Positions 23,346 through 35,940 of a stretch of DNA of 64,000 nt are shown here, one piece after another; position 1 is the stretch's first letter, and each line of letters starts with the position of its first letter. The translations under genes and the position numbers were made by a program. The notes beneath the pieces were generated by a model. It worked only from the letters and a program-made list of their open reading frames with translations, searched no databases and was not told the DNA's origin. The DNA comes from Eledone cirrhosa (taxonomy: Eukaryota). The stretch is taken from NCBI GenBank assembly GCA_964016885.1, contig OZ024744.1, positions 117,552,001 to 117,616,000 on the forward strand. The letters run 5' to 3'.

Positions 23346-23632
23346 ATAATAATAATAAAAATCGTTGTGTAGAGTGCGCAAGTGCACTACAACTCATCAA
23401 AGGTGCATATATAGTACATAGAATAATGTACAAATGTCAGAAAAGTGAACAGTGTATCAGTCAGGCTATACACACAGACACATGTGTGCTTGTGTACGGA
23501 GGGGGAATATCAGGTGTAATTTTGGCAAATTTCAGGAAGGACCGAGGTTTTGAAGGATGCAGTGTCATGACAGCTGACAACTGATGCAGGTAGTTTGTTC
23601 CATGATTCAGCAACTCTGAGCATGAAAAAATG
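23346..23632 (-). mobile_element. CR1-clade LINE 3' end
   Basis: HFFMLRVAESWNKLPASVV...FKTS, the CR1 ORF2 C-terminal motif, followed by a (TTA)n tail. Confidence 0.75.
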
Positions 23633-23759
23633 TTATATATATATAGTAATAATAATAAATATGAAGACTAAAATCCAAAGAGGGCTCGATAAGGATAAAT
23701 ATATATCAAATATATAAGAACCGTAGAGCAAATATATATATATACACACTCACACACAT

Positions 23760-23982
23760 TGTAAAGTGGTTGTGTAGGTGTCATGACAAAAAGCACCCTG
23801 TCCACTCTGTAAATGTGGTTGGCGTTAGGAAGGCAATCCAGCTTTAGAAACCAAGCCAAAATCACTTCTGTATGAGAAGGACATGGTCACCTGACCTGGC
23901 ATTTCTCACAATAGGACAACTTCTCTAACCGATGTTACCGTGCAAAAATGGACATTAAACTGTAATGATGATGATGATGATT
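23760..23982 (+). mobile_element. RTE-related 3' tail (LINE or SINE)
   Basis: GTGGTTGGCGTTAGGAAGGCAATCCAGC...ATGGACATTAAA..(GAT)n. Similar copy at 30650-30825. Confidence 0.65.
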
Positions 23983-24020
23983 CTATGTCTGAAAAAACAT
24001 ATATATCGTTATTATTGTAG

Positions 24021-24146
24021 GTTCCCCAGTTTGTTTGGTCCTGTGAATGAAAGATACGTAGCTACAAAGACGGTAGAAGCAGTACTTACCAATTCCAAAT
24101 CTCTAATGATTCCAAGACTCATTGGTTATTTAATCATATTAAACAC
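24021..24146 (+). CDS. SDR16C-family dehydrogenase, exon C
   Basis: tgtAG|...|GTgagt, 126 nt, phase 2 at both ends. Reads RFPSLFGPVNERYVATKTVEAVLTNSKSLMIPRLIGYLIILN. Confidence 0.88.
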
Positions 24147-24217
24147 GTGAGTAATTTATTGATCACCTCATTTTTCTAAACACATAACTTGTTGATCACC
24201 TGATCTTTCTAAACACA

Positions 24218-24435
24218 TATGCAGATGATCTAACCCTCATAGCTGAATCTATTGTAGAATTAGTGAAGAAATTCCAGACACGGAAACATGGCTTGGAATC
24301 AAAACATCTTAATGTTAACTTGTCTTAGTAAGTAAAAAGGAAAACAGGGCCTTGATTCCTTGATGACTTAGTTCAGTCTGTAGGAAGAGGTGGGTAGAAA
24401 TTCCACCTAGTGTCCCAAATGCAATGGGTTCACAG
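24218..24435 (+). mobile_element. RTE RT fragment (YADD to zinc finger)
   Basis: TATGCAGATGATCTAACCCTCATAGCTGAATC..., homologous to 13237-13480. Confidence 0.7.
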
Positions 24436-25698
24436 TTCATTATACTATGACCATACTGGAGCATTTTTTAAGCTTGGTGGAGCCCAATCCTCTCCAGATC
24501 TAAATGCAACAGATTCATCCAGAGGAGGTTAGAGAGAGAAAGAGATATGGTATTAGCCTTCACAAAACATATCCATTCTACCAATGTTTGAAATATCTGT
24601 AAACTATTGGATTAACTACTAAATTTTGCCATAGTTGTTCTCATTGTTCTACCTCATATAATAACATCATCATTACCGTTTAATGTATATAAATGTAGAT
24701 CTGGTGAGATAGTGGAGATGCTAGAGAGAAGGCATGTGGATGTGTGCAAGAGGTGAGATGGAGAGGTGCCTCTGCAGGCAAACATCATAGTTATAAGATT
24801 TTCTGGGTAGGAAATGATGATGGGTTAGGTGGGGTGGGCATATTACTTGCTGAGAGATGGATCAATAAGACATTAGAGGTAGTTAGAGTTAGTGATAGAA
24901 TAATTAAGCTTAGATTAGTTGTAGGTAGGAGACTACTGACAATCATCTCTGCCTATGCTCCTCAGGCAGGTCTAGGCAAAGAAGAGAAAGACTGCTTTTA
25001 CGAGCAACTTTTACAAACAGCCTCAATGACAGAGGACAGAGACATAGTTATGCTAGCAGGGGACTTCAATGGACATGTTGGACAGCTCCAGGATGGTTAC
25101 ACTGGGGTACATGGTGGGCATAGTTATGGCTCAAGAAATGAAGAAAGAGTGAGGCTTCTTGAATTTTGTGATGCAAGTGCACTAGCCATTTGCAACACTA
25201 ACTTCCAGAAGCCTACCAACCACCTAATTACCTACAAATCGGGTGAGCACATAAGCCAGATTGACTTTTTGCTAGTTAGGCAATGAGACAGACAAATGGT
25301 GTCAAATACTAAGGCATACCCCAGGGAAAAATGTACCCCCCAGCATAGGCTACTGAAGAAACTTGTGGCTGGAGCCGAGCTCCGACCAGACAGAGGGTGA
25401 CCTGGTGGTGGAACAACACAGTAGATAGAGCCATTAACCCTTTAGTGTTCAAAACAGCCAGAACTGGCTGTAATTATTTCCCCTTTATATGTTCAAACTG
25501 GCCTAAACCGGCCTACAACACCCACACTAAAATATTGTTCTAAAAATAAACATTACCGTCATCAAAATCTCGTCAATTCGAGATTACTGTGAGATTAGGC
25601 TCTAACTGCGAAAAGTAATACTTAACATAGAGAAACTACTTGAAACAACACGTTTTTTTTAACTTTGAAAGTAGAAGAGATTTTTTGTGTGTATCAAC

Positions 25699-27364
25699 AT
25701 GGCTTGTGAAAGTAGCGATACCAACTTTGAAGGTTTTACACTCGACGACATTCAAAATAAACAAGGAACAAAAGATAATATTAGTGATTTATCTTCAAAT
25801 GAATCAGACATGTATATTTCTGAAGTTTCATTTGACGATGATTGTTGTTTTGAAAGTGAAAACGAAGGAGATCTTCAGGGCGCCATTGAAAATACTACAA
25901 CGTGTTTAAAAAATACCACACCAATATATGTTCCCAATTTTATTCAAAATACTGGTCCACAACACACATTAGCTCCCGATGCTAAAGCACTGGATTATTT
26001 CTTTTTACCACAAACTTTATTTGAAGTTGTGGCAGAAGGGACTAATCAATATGCCCAACAACAGATTTCAAATCGAGGAAAACCCGATCTGTTATGGCGA
26101 CCAACAGATGGTGTGGAGATGCAAGCATTTTTTACCGTAAATAATATGTTTGGTATAAAACAATTTCCAAGACTGTGGAATTACTGGAACACTGGTATAA
26201 GGTTTAGTGACCCTTATATATCAAGTATTATGCCAAAAACAAAGTATTTAAAATTAAACCAATATTTGCACCTGGTTGATACTTCAAATGCCCCTGGTAG
26301 AAATGGATTGAATTATGACCTCTGTATAAAGTTCGACCATTAATTAAAATACTATCTGAAAAATTTAAAACTGTTTATATACCTGGGAAATATCTTAGTG
26401 TTGATGAAGCTATGATTGGGTATAAGGGTAGGGTACATTTCAGACAATATATGCCAGCTAAACACACCAAATGAGGTATCAATGTATGGGAACTCTGTGA
26501 ATGGGACACAGGCTACTGTGCAAACTTTGTTTACACAGGAAAGAAACACAACGGAGAGAGGAAAGATGGATTGGGGTACAATGTTGTGTGGTCTCTGACT
26601 GAACCCTTCTACTCTCAACACAGACACATATGTTGACTGTTTTTTTTCTTCAGTGCTTCTAGCAGAGGACCTTGCCCTCGTAAATACGTACACCTGCGGT
26701 ACAATAATGGGGAATCGCAAAGGGCTAGCCCAAGAAATAAGTCACAAAATTTTAAAAAAGAGGGGACATTCTCCAAGTGCAAAAAGGGAACAAGTTAGCC
26801 ACATTGTACAAAGACAAATGGTAAATTTTGTTCCTATCTTCTAACCAACAACCAGGAGTTGGGGCTGAAGGTAAACCTTTAGTCAACCTCTCCTACAATA
26901 AATATCCGGGCAGGGTTGACAAATCTGACCAATATTGCACCTATTACCCAGTTGGACGCTCTGGGAAGAAATGGTGGAGATATATCTTGTGGTTTTTAGT
27001 GAATTTAACCATTGTCAATTCTTTTATTGTATTCACCAAAAGCCACAAGAATCTGCCGCCACCAAAGGACTACTGCCACATGAAATTTTGTGTAGACATT
27101 GCCTCTCAGCTACGTGGAGGATATTCTTCTCACAAACACAAAGCTGGGAGAAAGTCGAAATTATCTGAGGTGAACAAAGAAAATATTGATTTTCATAAAG
27201 TGGAGAAAATTGATGGGAAGAAGAAGGTTTGCCGAATGTGCTCTTTGCAAAAGAGAAAAACTGTTAAAGGTTATCAAATTGAAACCTTGTTTATGTGTTC
27301 CTTTTGCAAAGTGCCATTATGTAAAGGCTGTTTTGGCCAATATCATGATAGAAATATTGTCTGA
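25699..27364 (+). pseudogene. piggyBac transposase pseudogene
   Basis: Acidic N-terminus, TNQYA, VDEAMIGYKGR..FRQYMPAK, D.FFSS, CGTIMGNRKG, YNKY.GRVDKSDQ, KKWWR and C-terminal CRMC...CSFCKVPLC..CF..YH. Several frameshifts and stops. Confidence 0.9.
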
Positions 27365-27964
27365 CAATATTTAAAAATATTTTTAAAATATATTGGAACA
27401 CATTAGATACAAAAACACCTGCATTTACCTGTGTCACACCTGCATCACACCTGTTAATAAACTTATATATTGAGCACATTCTTTTTAAATCTACTGAGTA
27501 CATTGTGTAAGAGTACATTGCCAATATTATTTTGACTGGTGAAAGGGTTTTATACATTTTTTTCAACGAAAATATTTGCATGAAATGTAGAGACAGACTA
27601 AAACCTTGTACTGATTATACCTGCATTTTAAATTAATTCACCTGTTCGGAAATGTGCTAAAATTGTTGGAAGTCAACATCTAGGTCATTGTTGGATATTC
27701 TTTGTAACAAATCTAACAGGCAAGGCAGATAAAGTTTAAATTTTTGTGTTTATCCATAAAGTCATTACTTTTACACCTGTTAATTAATTTCACCTGCCCA
27801 TAAAAGTCAAATTTAACAAAAACAATCAGGTTAAAATATATAACTGTAAATTATTGATATTTAAACATCTACTGACAAAATTGCAGGTCTGCACATAGAA
27901 AATTAAGAAAATTATAAATAAATATAGTTAATAACCCTCTTGAGTATGATTAACTCAAAATAAT

Positions 27965-28153
27965 TATTTCTACTTTTGGCACAAGGCCAGCAATTATTCC
28001 AGTGCATTACTGGTACTTTATTTTATCGACCCCGTAAGGATGAAAGACAGAGTTAACCTCGGCGGGATTTGAACTCAGACCATAAAGGGTCGTAACTCTA
28101 TGCTGCAAAGCATGGCGTCAGACCCTCTACTGATACTGCCAATCCTCTGCCCA
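27965..28153 (-). mobile_element. Full-length tRNA-derived SINE inside the piggyBac
   Basis: 12885 family. Flanking direct repeat ATTAACTCAAA(A/G)TAAT. Confidence 0.88.
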
Positions 28154-30136
28154 AAATTAACTCAAAGTAATGTAAATAGATAAGCATGACATTTGAAAAT
28201 TAATGTGAATGCTAAAGACAAAAGACTAAAGACTAGCATGGAAGGCTTGGAAAAATGGTGGGAGCAGAGACCAATACACAGCCGCTAAGAGAGAAGCTAG
28301 ACGTCAGGTGTACTTAGCACGCAGGGAGGCTGAGAGTAGGAGGTTTGCCAATGTTCTGTGATGGGAAGATCAGAGACGTGCGGTGTTCCGCATTTCAAGG
28401 CAGTGTGTCAGTGTAAATCAGGATGTTGTTGGAGATAAATGTGTCTGGAATGATGCTGGTGTACTTAGTGTCACTGATGCTCAGAAAAAGGAGGCCTGGA
28501 TATGTCATTATGAGAGACTGATGAATGTGGAGAACGAATGGGAGAGAGAGAAATTACCCCCAGTAGAGCTGACAGAGGGACCAGCTATTGAGATTGACGA
28601 CTATAAGGTCAAAGAGGCAATTAAGGAAATGAAGAATGGTAAGGCGGCCGGACCATCGGGAATAGTTGCTGAGATGCTGAAGGCCTCAGGAGAAGTAGGA
28701 ACTAAACTGGTTGCACGCATCATCAATCAGGCTATATATGGTGGTGTCATACCCAAAGACTGGTGCAGCAGTATTCTCATAAATTGCTACAAAGGTAAAG
28801 GGGATGCTCTGGAGAGAAGCAATTATAGAGGCATAAAACTGATGGATCAGGCTGAAAGTGGCAGAAAGGATATTAACGCAGCTAATTAGAGAAAGGGTCA
28901 AATTAGATGAGATGCAGTTTGGTTTTGTGCCTGGGAAAAGTACAACAGATGCCCTCTTCTCAATGAGACAACTACAAGAGAGGTTCTTAGAGAAGAATAA
29001 GCCACTATATTTAGCTTTTGTTGACCTAGAGAAGGCCTTTGATAGGATACCCCGATCTGTCATCTGGTGGTCCCTAAGAAAACTAGGTGTAGAAGAATGG
29101 CTTGTTAGGACAGTAAAAGCTATGTGCAGGGGTGCTGTCAGTAAAGTGAGGGGAGGAATGGAGTTTATTGAGTACATCAGGGTTTGCTCCTCAGCCCACT
29201 CTAGTTCATTATAGTCCTCCAAAGGCATTACAGAGGAGTGTAAGACTGGTTGTCCATGGGAACTTCTCTATGCTGACGATCTGGTTTTTATAGCAGAATC
29301 AGTAGAGGAGCTAGAGAATAAATTCTGGCTATGGAAACAGCAGTTGGAATCAAGGGGACTGAGAGTGAACCTAGCTAAGACAAAAGTGTTGATGAGTAGA
29401 AAAGAGGACAAAACTCTGATTCCGTCAGGGAAATGGCCATGTTCGATATGTAGGAAAGGAGTTGGCATAAGTTCTATAGAATGTACACAATGCAGATCCT
29501 GGGTACACAAAAGATATAGCAAGATAGCAGGCAAACTAACAGGTAGGGAGAAATACCTATGCAGTAGATGTACAAGGAAATTAGACAGTAGAAGTGATAG
29601 AAACATTTTTCAAATCCAGGTAGGTTCTCTAGAGGTGGTTGATAGCTTCCGGTACCTAGGTGATCAGATTAGCATAGGAGGGCTGGAGAGAAATGAAGCA
29701 AGTACGCTTCGTTTTATGTGCAATGTTAATGTGCATGAATGACCAAACATAGATGAGTTGAGAGAGAAACTGGGTATAAGAGGAATAGGTTGTGGTGTGT
29801 GGGAGAGAAGACTGCAATGGTATGGACATGTGATGCGCATGGAGGATGACCATTGGGTAAATAAGTGCCAAGAAATGCCAGTAGAGGAAGACCATGAAAA
29901 ACATGGGTGGAGGTGGTGGGAGCTGACCTCAGATTGCTGAAGCTCACGGTGGAGATGACGAAGGACCGTGACAAGTGGAGAGGTGCTGTGCTGAATAGGA
30001 AAAGGGGACATAAAATGATGATGATGATGACAACAGAGGATGTATGTATATAAAAGGCAAACAGAAATAGCAAAAATAACAACACAGTACATGGAAGAAA
30101 TATAGTAGTTTAATGCTTGAAATAGCAGGAAGAGAG

Positions 30137-30172
30137 TCTTAACGTTTCAGACACTAGTCCTTCATCAGAAGA
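30137..30172 (-). ncRNA. Minimal hammerhead ribozyme motif in a probable Penelope 3' remnant (~30050-30460)
   Basis: - strand reads TCTT-CTGATGA-AGGAC TAGT GTCT-GAAACGTT-AAGA. Intact core, palindromic AACGTT stem III, stem I TCTT/AAGA. Confidence 0.75.
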
Positions 30173-30846
30173 TAGAGTTAGAAATAGAAGATAAATAGAA
30201 AGTAAAGAGAAGAAGGAACAGGGAAAATGAGAAAAAAATGGGTAAGAAAAAGCACACGTGTGTATTCAGTTGGCCTTCAGGTGGTTCAGTAGGTTCGTGG
30301 TTTATTGAAGTTTTAGCCTGATTAACAAGTCTGATGAGCAGATCAGAGGCTGGAGTCAGGTCTATAACATTTATATAGATCCTGAGTCACCCATCTGTGA
30401 AACTGTCGTAACTCTGTATAATCAATAAAGACCTTAATGTGAAACAGTGCTTTGTTTTCTCTATACACATGGACACACTGGAAGAGGAAGACCAAGGTCG
30501 ACATATGTTGATGTCCTAAGGACAGACAGTGGTCTCTTGGAGACACAGGACATGGCAGTGATAATAGAATGAGGGACAGAGACCGTTGGAGAGAACTCGT
30601 CCATGGATCTCGGGAATTTTACCCACTCTAGACATAGACATATATATATATTCGCTGTAAATGAGGTTAATGTTAGGAAAGACATCCAGCTGTAGAAACG
30701 AAGCCAATATCACTTCTGTATGAGCAAGACATGGTTACCTGACCTAGTATTGCCCACAAGAGGACAACTTGTCTAACCCATGCTTGCGTGGAAGAATGGA
30801 TGTAAAACGGTGATGATAATGATGATATATATATGTGTGTGTGTGT

Positions 30847-31073
30847 GAAGGCTTAGTGGTTAGAGAACTGAATTTGCAATTGTGAGGTTGATAGTTCAAT
30901 TTCCGGATTGGGTGATGCAGTGTGTCCTTGAGCAAGACACTTTATTTTTTCACATTGCCCTTTCTTCCTGGAGTTGTGACTGTTGGCAATGGAAAGACCA
31001 ATGGAACTTGGTCTGTGTAGATTCATCTAACCTTCACTAGCAAGAAAAGTGGACATCAAATGATGATGATGAT
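30847..31073 (+). mobile_element. CORE-type tRNA SINE with RTE-like tail, degenerate
   Basis: GGCTTAGTGGTTAGAG A box, AGTTCAATTTCC B box, GTGTCCTTGAGCAAGACACTT CORE-like segment and (GAT)n tail. Confidence 0.65.
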
Positions 31074-31140
31074 GTGTGTTTTGGGTTTTTGAAGTTTCCA
31101 TCTACTAAATTCCACTCACAAGATGTTAGTCAACCCAATG

Positions 31141-31290
31141 CTACTACAGTAGTAGTAATAGTGGTGGTGGTGGTGGTGGTAGTTGTGGTAGTGGTAATAG
31201 TAGAAGTGGTAGTAGTAGTATTAGTGGTAGTAGTAATAGTAGTGGTGGTAGTAGTGATTGCCATCGTCGTAAGCAATTATTATTATTATA
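31141..31290. repeat. (GTA/GTG)n compound microsatellite
   Basis: Direct inspection. Confidence 0.9.
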
Positions 31291-31297
31291 GATAAAC

Positions 31298-31480
31298 CCC
31301 AGTCCATAATGGGACGTAACTCTATATTGGAAAGCATAGTATCCGACTCTCTACCGATACTGCCAATCCACTGCCCGCCGAGGTTAACTTTGCCTTTCAA
31401 CCTTACAGGATTGATCAAATAAAGTACCAGTAATGTACTGGGTAATTGCTGGCCTTGTGCCAAAAGTAGAAACAATTATT
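31298..31480 (+). mobile_element. tRNA-derived SINE with inverted 5' head
   Basis: 31298-31375 is the reverse-complemented head. 31376-31480 is the forward central domain and tail. Confidence 0.78.
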
Positions 31481-31526
31481 ATATATCAGAGTGTTGTAGT
31501 TTGCTTGAAGCATTGTTGAATAGGAA

Positions 31527-32518
31527 ATATAAATTTAAATAATTTTAAAAGCCTTACAATGCATTAGAAAATTAAAGGTGCCAAGATAACGATAGAATTT
31601 TACCTTAGCAAATTAAGAACTTTTTAAAGAACATCTTAACACCAATTCCTCTTCCTTCTGCAAACACAACATCAAATACGGAAACCAAAGCAATAACATT
31701 ACCACCACAGTCTTAGCTACCAAACTCAGTATAGGCACTCTGAGAATTAAGGAAGCCCTCTTGATCAAGCAGTTAAAACCTGGGATCAATAATCAAATGG
31801 AAAGAAGTAACACCTAAATGACTTATTTAACTTATCCAACACAATTACGCCATCATTCCAACTTCCCGGTTGCCCATTCTAAGGAATGTTTCATTCTTTC
31901 ATTTAAATTAAATCTACATCATCACTGGGCATACACACTTAAACTCACACATATATATATAACACACATATTGTTTCCCTTTTTATAAAATGCATATTCG
32001 CACATGCCTTCCACTACATAAACTTACACTCACGCACACACATACATACATCACTCAAATTATATCTACGTCATCAACACATACTTACATATATCACACA
32101 CATATTGTTTCTCTTTTATCATATACACATTCACAAACGCCTTTCACTACATAAACTTACACTCATGCACACACATACATACATCATACACATACTTTCA
32201 CATGTCTACCATGAGGCACACTTATGTTCATGCACAAACAGGCATATATCACACACTTTTTCTCACACATATTTCACATTGCACACACTTAAATTCTAAC
32301 GTCTTTTCCTTACATTTAAATTAAATCTGCCATCCTAACAACAACTTATCTCCGACTGGTTCTTTAAGACTTTCACAGAGCCTCTCCCTTGATAATGGGT
32401 TTTTAAACCAAAAAATATTTGGGATAATTAAATTTGCTAAGGTAATATTTTATCGTTATCTTGGCACCTTTAATTTTCTAATGCATTGTCTGGCTTTTAA
32501 AATTATTTAAATTTATAT
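31527..32518 (+). mobile_element. Penelope-like 3' fragment bounded by ~85-bp inverted repeats
   Basis: FKEHLN...LRIKEALLIKQLKPGINNQ* (GIY-YIG C-terminus). 31527-31614 is the reverse complement of 32430-32518. Decayed hammerhead at 32385-32424. Confidence 0.75.
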
Positions 32519-32594
32519 TATTATACATATTTTTTTCTAATTAACAATTCATTATATATATTATTTATTTTGATAATTCTCTCTCAATTTCCAG

Positions 32595-32694
32595 GTTTTT
32601 ACCATTTAGCATTGTTACCAAAGTAAACAGGTTCCTTGGTGTTTCCACAGCAATGGGAAAATGTCAGAAAGTTGTGGATGCAACATCTTCCTGA
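32595..32694 (+). CDS. SDR16C-family dehydrogenase, last coding exon
   Basis: tttccAG|, phase 2. Reads FLPFSIVTKVNRFLGVSTAMGKCQKVVDATSS*, which fits the SDR16C C-terminus (LP...FLG..M). AT-rich 3' UTR follows. Confidence 0.82.
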
Positions 32695-33169
32695 AAGCAA
32701 GAATTGATTCTACAATACTAATCTGTTTGTTTTAAAGTATTTAAAATTTTATGTAAAACCTTTTGTTAAGTTATGTTCCAAACAATAATATACAGAAATA
32801 TGGCAACAAAAAGTATATATTTATCTAAAAAAGGATTTATATTTATCATAAAACCTTCAAATATAATTTTATACATACATAAATATATATTTATATATTA
32901 AGAAAAACGAAGTTTTGTTTTCATATATTTAGTTTTTTATTGTGTATGAACTTGTTACACGTGTTTCACAGAAGATTGATCAGGGTCACCTATAAGAAGT
33001 TATGGACCCAACTACATAATTGATCTGCTCTTCAGTGTCTGTTGTGATTTCTGAGATGTTGGGTATATATAAACATTGGCCATATTTCTTTGCATGGATA
33101 TATGCATATGTAAGTGTTTGAATGCATAAGCAAGGCTGCCCTACCTGTGCTTCGAGTGCTCAGTTTTGT

Positions 33170-34720
33170 AACACCACCAGGAAAAACCCACCACACAATA
33201 TACACCTGGAGGAATTTGAAGTCAGGATCATTGCCATGATCTGGAATATTAAATTCAAGAGAACACCACTGTCAAAATTAGACTCCACAATCACGGAAAT
33301 TAGAAAGTGCCCTGGAATAGTAGTACTAGCTGACAGAACTGAAAACCTATACAACATGGAGTTCAATACCTACCAACAATGCAAACAAAATACAGAAAAA
33401 CTATAAAACAACACAAGAAAATCTCACACATGAATAATCAGGCCAAGAAAATAATGTCGGACCTAAAACTTGATGAGAGGACCGATCCCTGCAGCCCTTG
33501 GAGACCGAGAATCTCATTTAAAGACCACAAACCAGACTTAAAGAATAAGCACCCCATTAGGCTTATAACACCCTCTAAATCAGACTTTGGAAGCCTTAGA
33601 AAATCTATTATCAACAGAATAATACCTGAACTTAGAAATAGCACTCAACTCAGCCTGTGGTCTTGTACTAGAGAGATCATAGACTGGTTCACCCACATGG
33701 ACATGACGTCCAATGTTCAATTTGTACAACTTGACATATTGAACTACTATATCCCTGGTCATCATGAACAAGGCACTGATCTCAGCCATGAGTAGATCTA
33801 GACTCAAGAAATAAAGTTGGCATCATCATAGCTAGGAAGACACTAATAGAATTTGACAATACACTTTGGGAGAGACAAGATAGACCTGACAGCTTTGACA
33901 TTATAATGGGGTTGAGTGATTCTGCCCAAATCACAGACATCATTGTACCTCTTACATAAACTAGCAGTTTACAGCCCATATACTTTACAATAGTGACTTA
34001 GGTACTTCTTTAAGAATTACAGCTTGACAGTAGAAATAGAACCTAACACAAGGACTGTCAATTTCTTAGATGTCACCCTAGAATTAGACACTGGTTTGTA
34101 CCACCCATACCACAAACCCAAGAAAACCTGCAGTATGTAAATAGACACTCCAACTACCCAGAGTGTCTCTAACAGGGTGTCTACTCTTATGGCTAATGAA
34201 AATATCAACCAGCATGCTGAGTATTATAACTCAACACTGGCCCAGGGGAGGTACAAAGATAAGATTACTTATGACGACCACACTGACACAGCAGCATTAC
34301 CCAAAACCCACAGGCCTTTGACCACACATAATGATAAAAGCATGCCTTGCAGAGTAACTGCTTCCCAAAACCCGGCCCTAGCCGATAAGACAGACAAAGA
34401 CGTATACCATCCACACGGAGCGAAAGCCCTACCCTCCTACGACACTAATATTAGCTCTACAAATAACCACCCTAGTACAACTTCTAACATGCATCCACAC
34501 AAGATAGAAACTACAATACCTAATGATGGACAAATGAATGATACAGACCATGATTGAATACAAAACACCCTTGTTTCTGATGACAACACCACCATAAACA
34601 CAGCAAGCCATCATAACCACACTAAATGCAACAAGACCAGAAGTTGTACGGAGACTTGGTACAATGCCCCATACTTGATACACATCGCAACAAATGTTCC
34701 CAGAACCTTCATATACTCTA
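33170..34720 (+). mobile_element. Degenerate Penelope-like RT fragment, same type as 2061-4010
   Basis: NIKFKR, LADRTENLY, FKDHKP, IRLITPSKSD, QLDILNYY, MGLSDSAQITD, NFLDVTLEL, PYHKP and WYNAPY. Confidence 0.82.
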
Positions 34721-34905
34721 CCTATATCTTTAATGCTTAGCTTAAGCTTTGTTTTGCCTTCTCTAAACACTTGCCTTGCATCCAATACACATTGAGCACA
34801 CTGCCCTCCTTGCTACTGGAATTTGATTTTCACAAACTAATCTCTACATTATCTTCCTGTATTAGATTGAATATTTACTTATGAGTGTTTGTGTATATGT
34901 CTATG

Positions 34906-34954
<49 letters not shown>

Positions 34955-35030
34955 AGAAGGTTCAGTAAGTCCAAAGAAAACTGGTGAGAGAACCAATGTC
35001 AGGACTCAATGTAGACCAGAGTTTATATAA

Positions 35031-35392
35031 TAATAACAAAGTAGAGGTGTTACATAGGAGATTTATTGCTCAATCCTGGTTACAAATGTTTCCTAGGCAG
35101 CTGGCTTATGATCTGGGAGTCACCCCAGACCAGACTCCAAGTCTGCCTGATCCTCAGACCATTGTTAACACAACAACAATCTCCTGGGTCAATCTATATC
35201 CTTGTTTGTGTCTGGCTGTTCATCTATAGATTTGATGTGATTGTTGTTGTGTTCAAGTCTGCCTGATCCTCAGATCAGTGTTGAGTCTGGTCTGGGGGTG
35301 CCAACCCAGATCACAAGCCAGCTGTCTAGGAAACATTTGTAACCAGGATTGAGCAATAAATCTCCTATGTAACACCTCTACTTTGTTATTAT
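35031..35392. repeat. Fold-back/MITE-like inverted repeat (~110-bp arms)
   Basis: 35031-35138 is approximately the reverse complement of 35282-35392. Internal direct repeat CAAGTCTGCCTGATCCTCAGA and an inner inverted AACACAACAACAATC. Confidence 0.8.
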
Positions 35393-35939
35393 TATTATTA
35401 CAGTTGCATTTATCTTGCTTTATGTTCATACGAATTATCACCAAGTCACAACCAGTGACCTCAAGAGACAACAAGGTCCGCCATGTTCAAGAAAGAACAT
35501 ACATACTCACACATGTATCTTTAGTGTTTAGACTTGTGATGTACTTATATTGACAGAATCTTCCTTAGTATATGGGCAGTTCCCATTAGTACTATCTTTT
35601 GTATTTCTCCTATACGCAGGTTTCCTGGGATTTGCGATAAGTAATCATTAGACCCCTTAGGTATTATTCCCAGAGCGCCTACAACCACAGGTATTGTTTT
35701 AGTTCTCAATTTCCACATTTTTCCAATTTCTATCTCCAGGTCCTTATACTTGCTCAATTTTTCAAATGTTTTTATAGATACATTCTTGTCTATTGGAACG
35801 GACATATCAATTAGCAGGCATACCCTCTTTTTAAAGTCCTTCAGTATTATATCAGGTCTATTTGCATCTATTTTTCGGTCTGTTTGGATGCTAAAGTTCC
35901 ACAAGATTGAGATGTGATCTTTTTCAAGTATGGGAGATG

Positions 35940-35940
<1 letters not shown>
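35389..35940 (-). mobile_element. R4/Dong-clade non-LTR retrotransposon 3' end (RLE endonuclease) with (TAA)n tail
   Basis: ORF 35545-35904 reads WNFSIQTDRKIDANRPDII...LIDMSVP...EKLSKYKDL...PVVVGALG. (TAA)n lies on both sides. Confidence 0.85.

Larger units (their letters stand above)
25438..28217 (+). mobile_element. piggyBac DNA transposon (PGBD4-like), defective
   Basis: TTAA|CCCTTTAGTGTTCA left end. Right end TGAATGCTAAAG lacks the terminal GG and a separate TTAA. Contains a transposase pseudogene and a SINE. Confidence 0.9.
24690..30030 (+). mobile_element. Long RTE LINE (APE endonuclease plus RT), degenerate, interrupted by piggyBac
   Basis: APE motifs QEVRW, GVGIL, SAYAPQ, GDFNGH, IDF (24744-25286). 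WWNNTVDRAI|KDKRLAWKAW continues across the insertion. RT in 28383-29900, (GAT)n tail at 30015-30030. Confidence 0.92.

Noticed and set aside
25699-27364. Domesticated PGBD gene
   Set aside because: Multiple frameshifts and stops; retains TIR/TTAA and sits inside a LINE.
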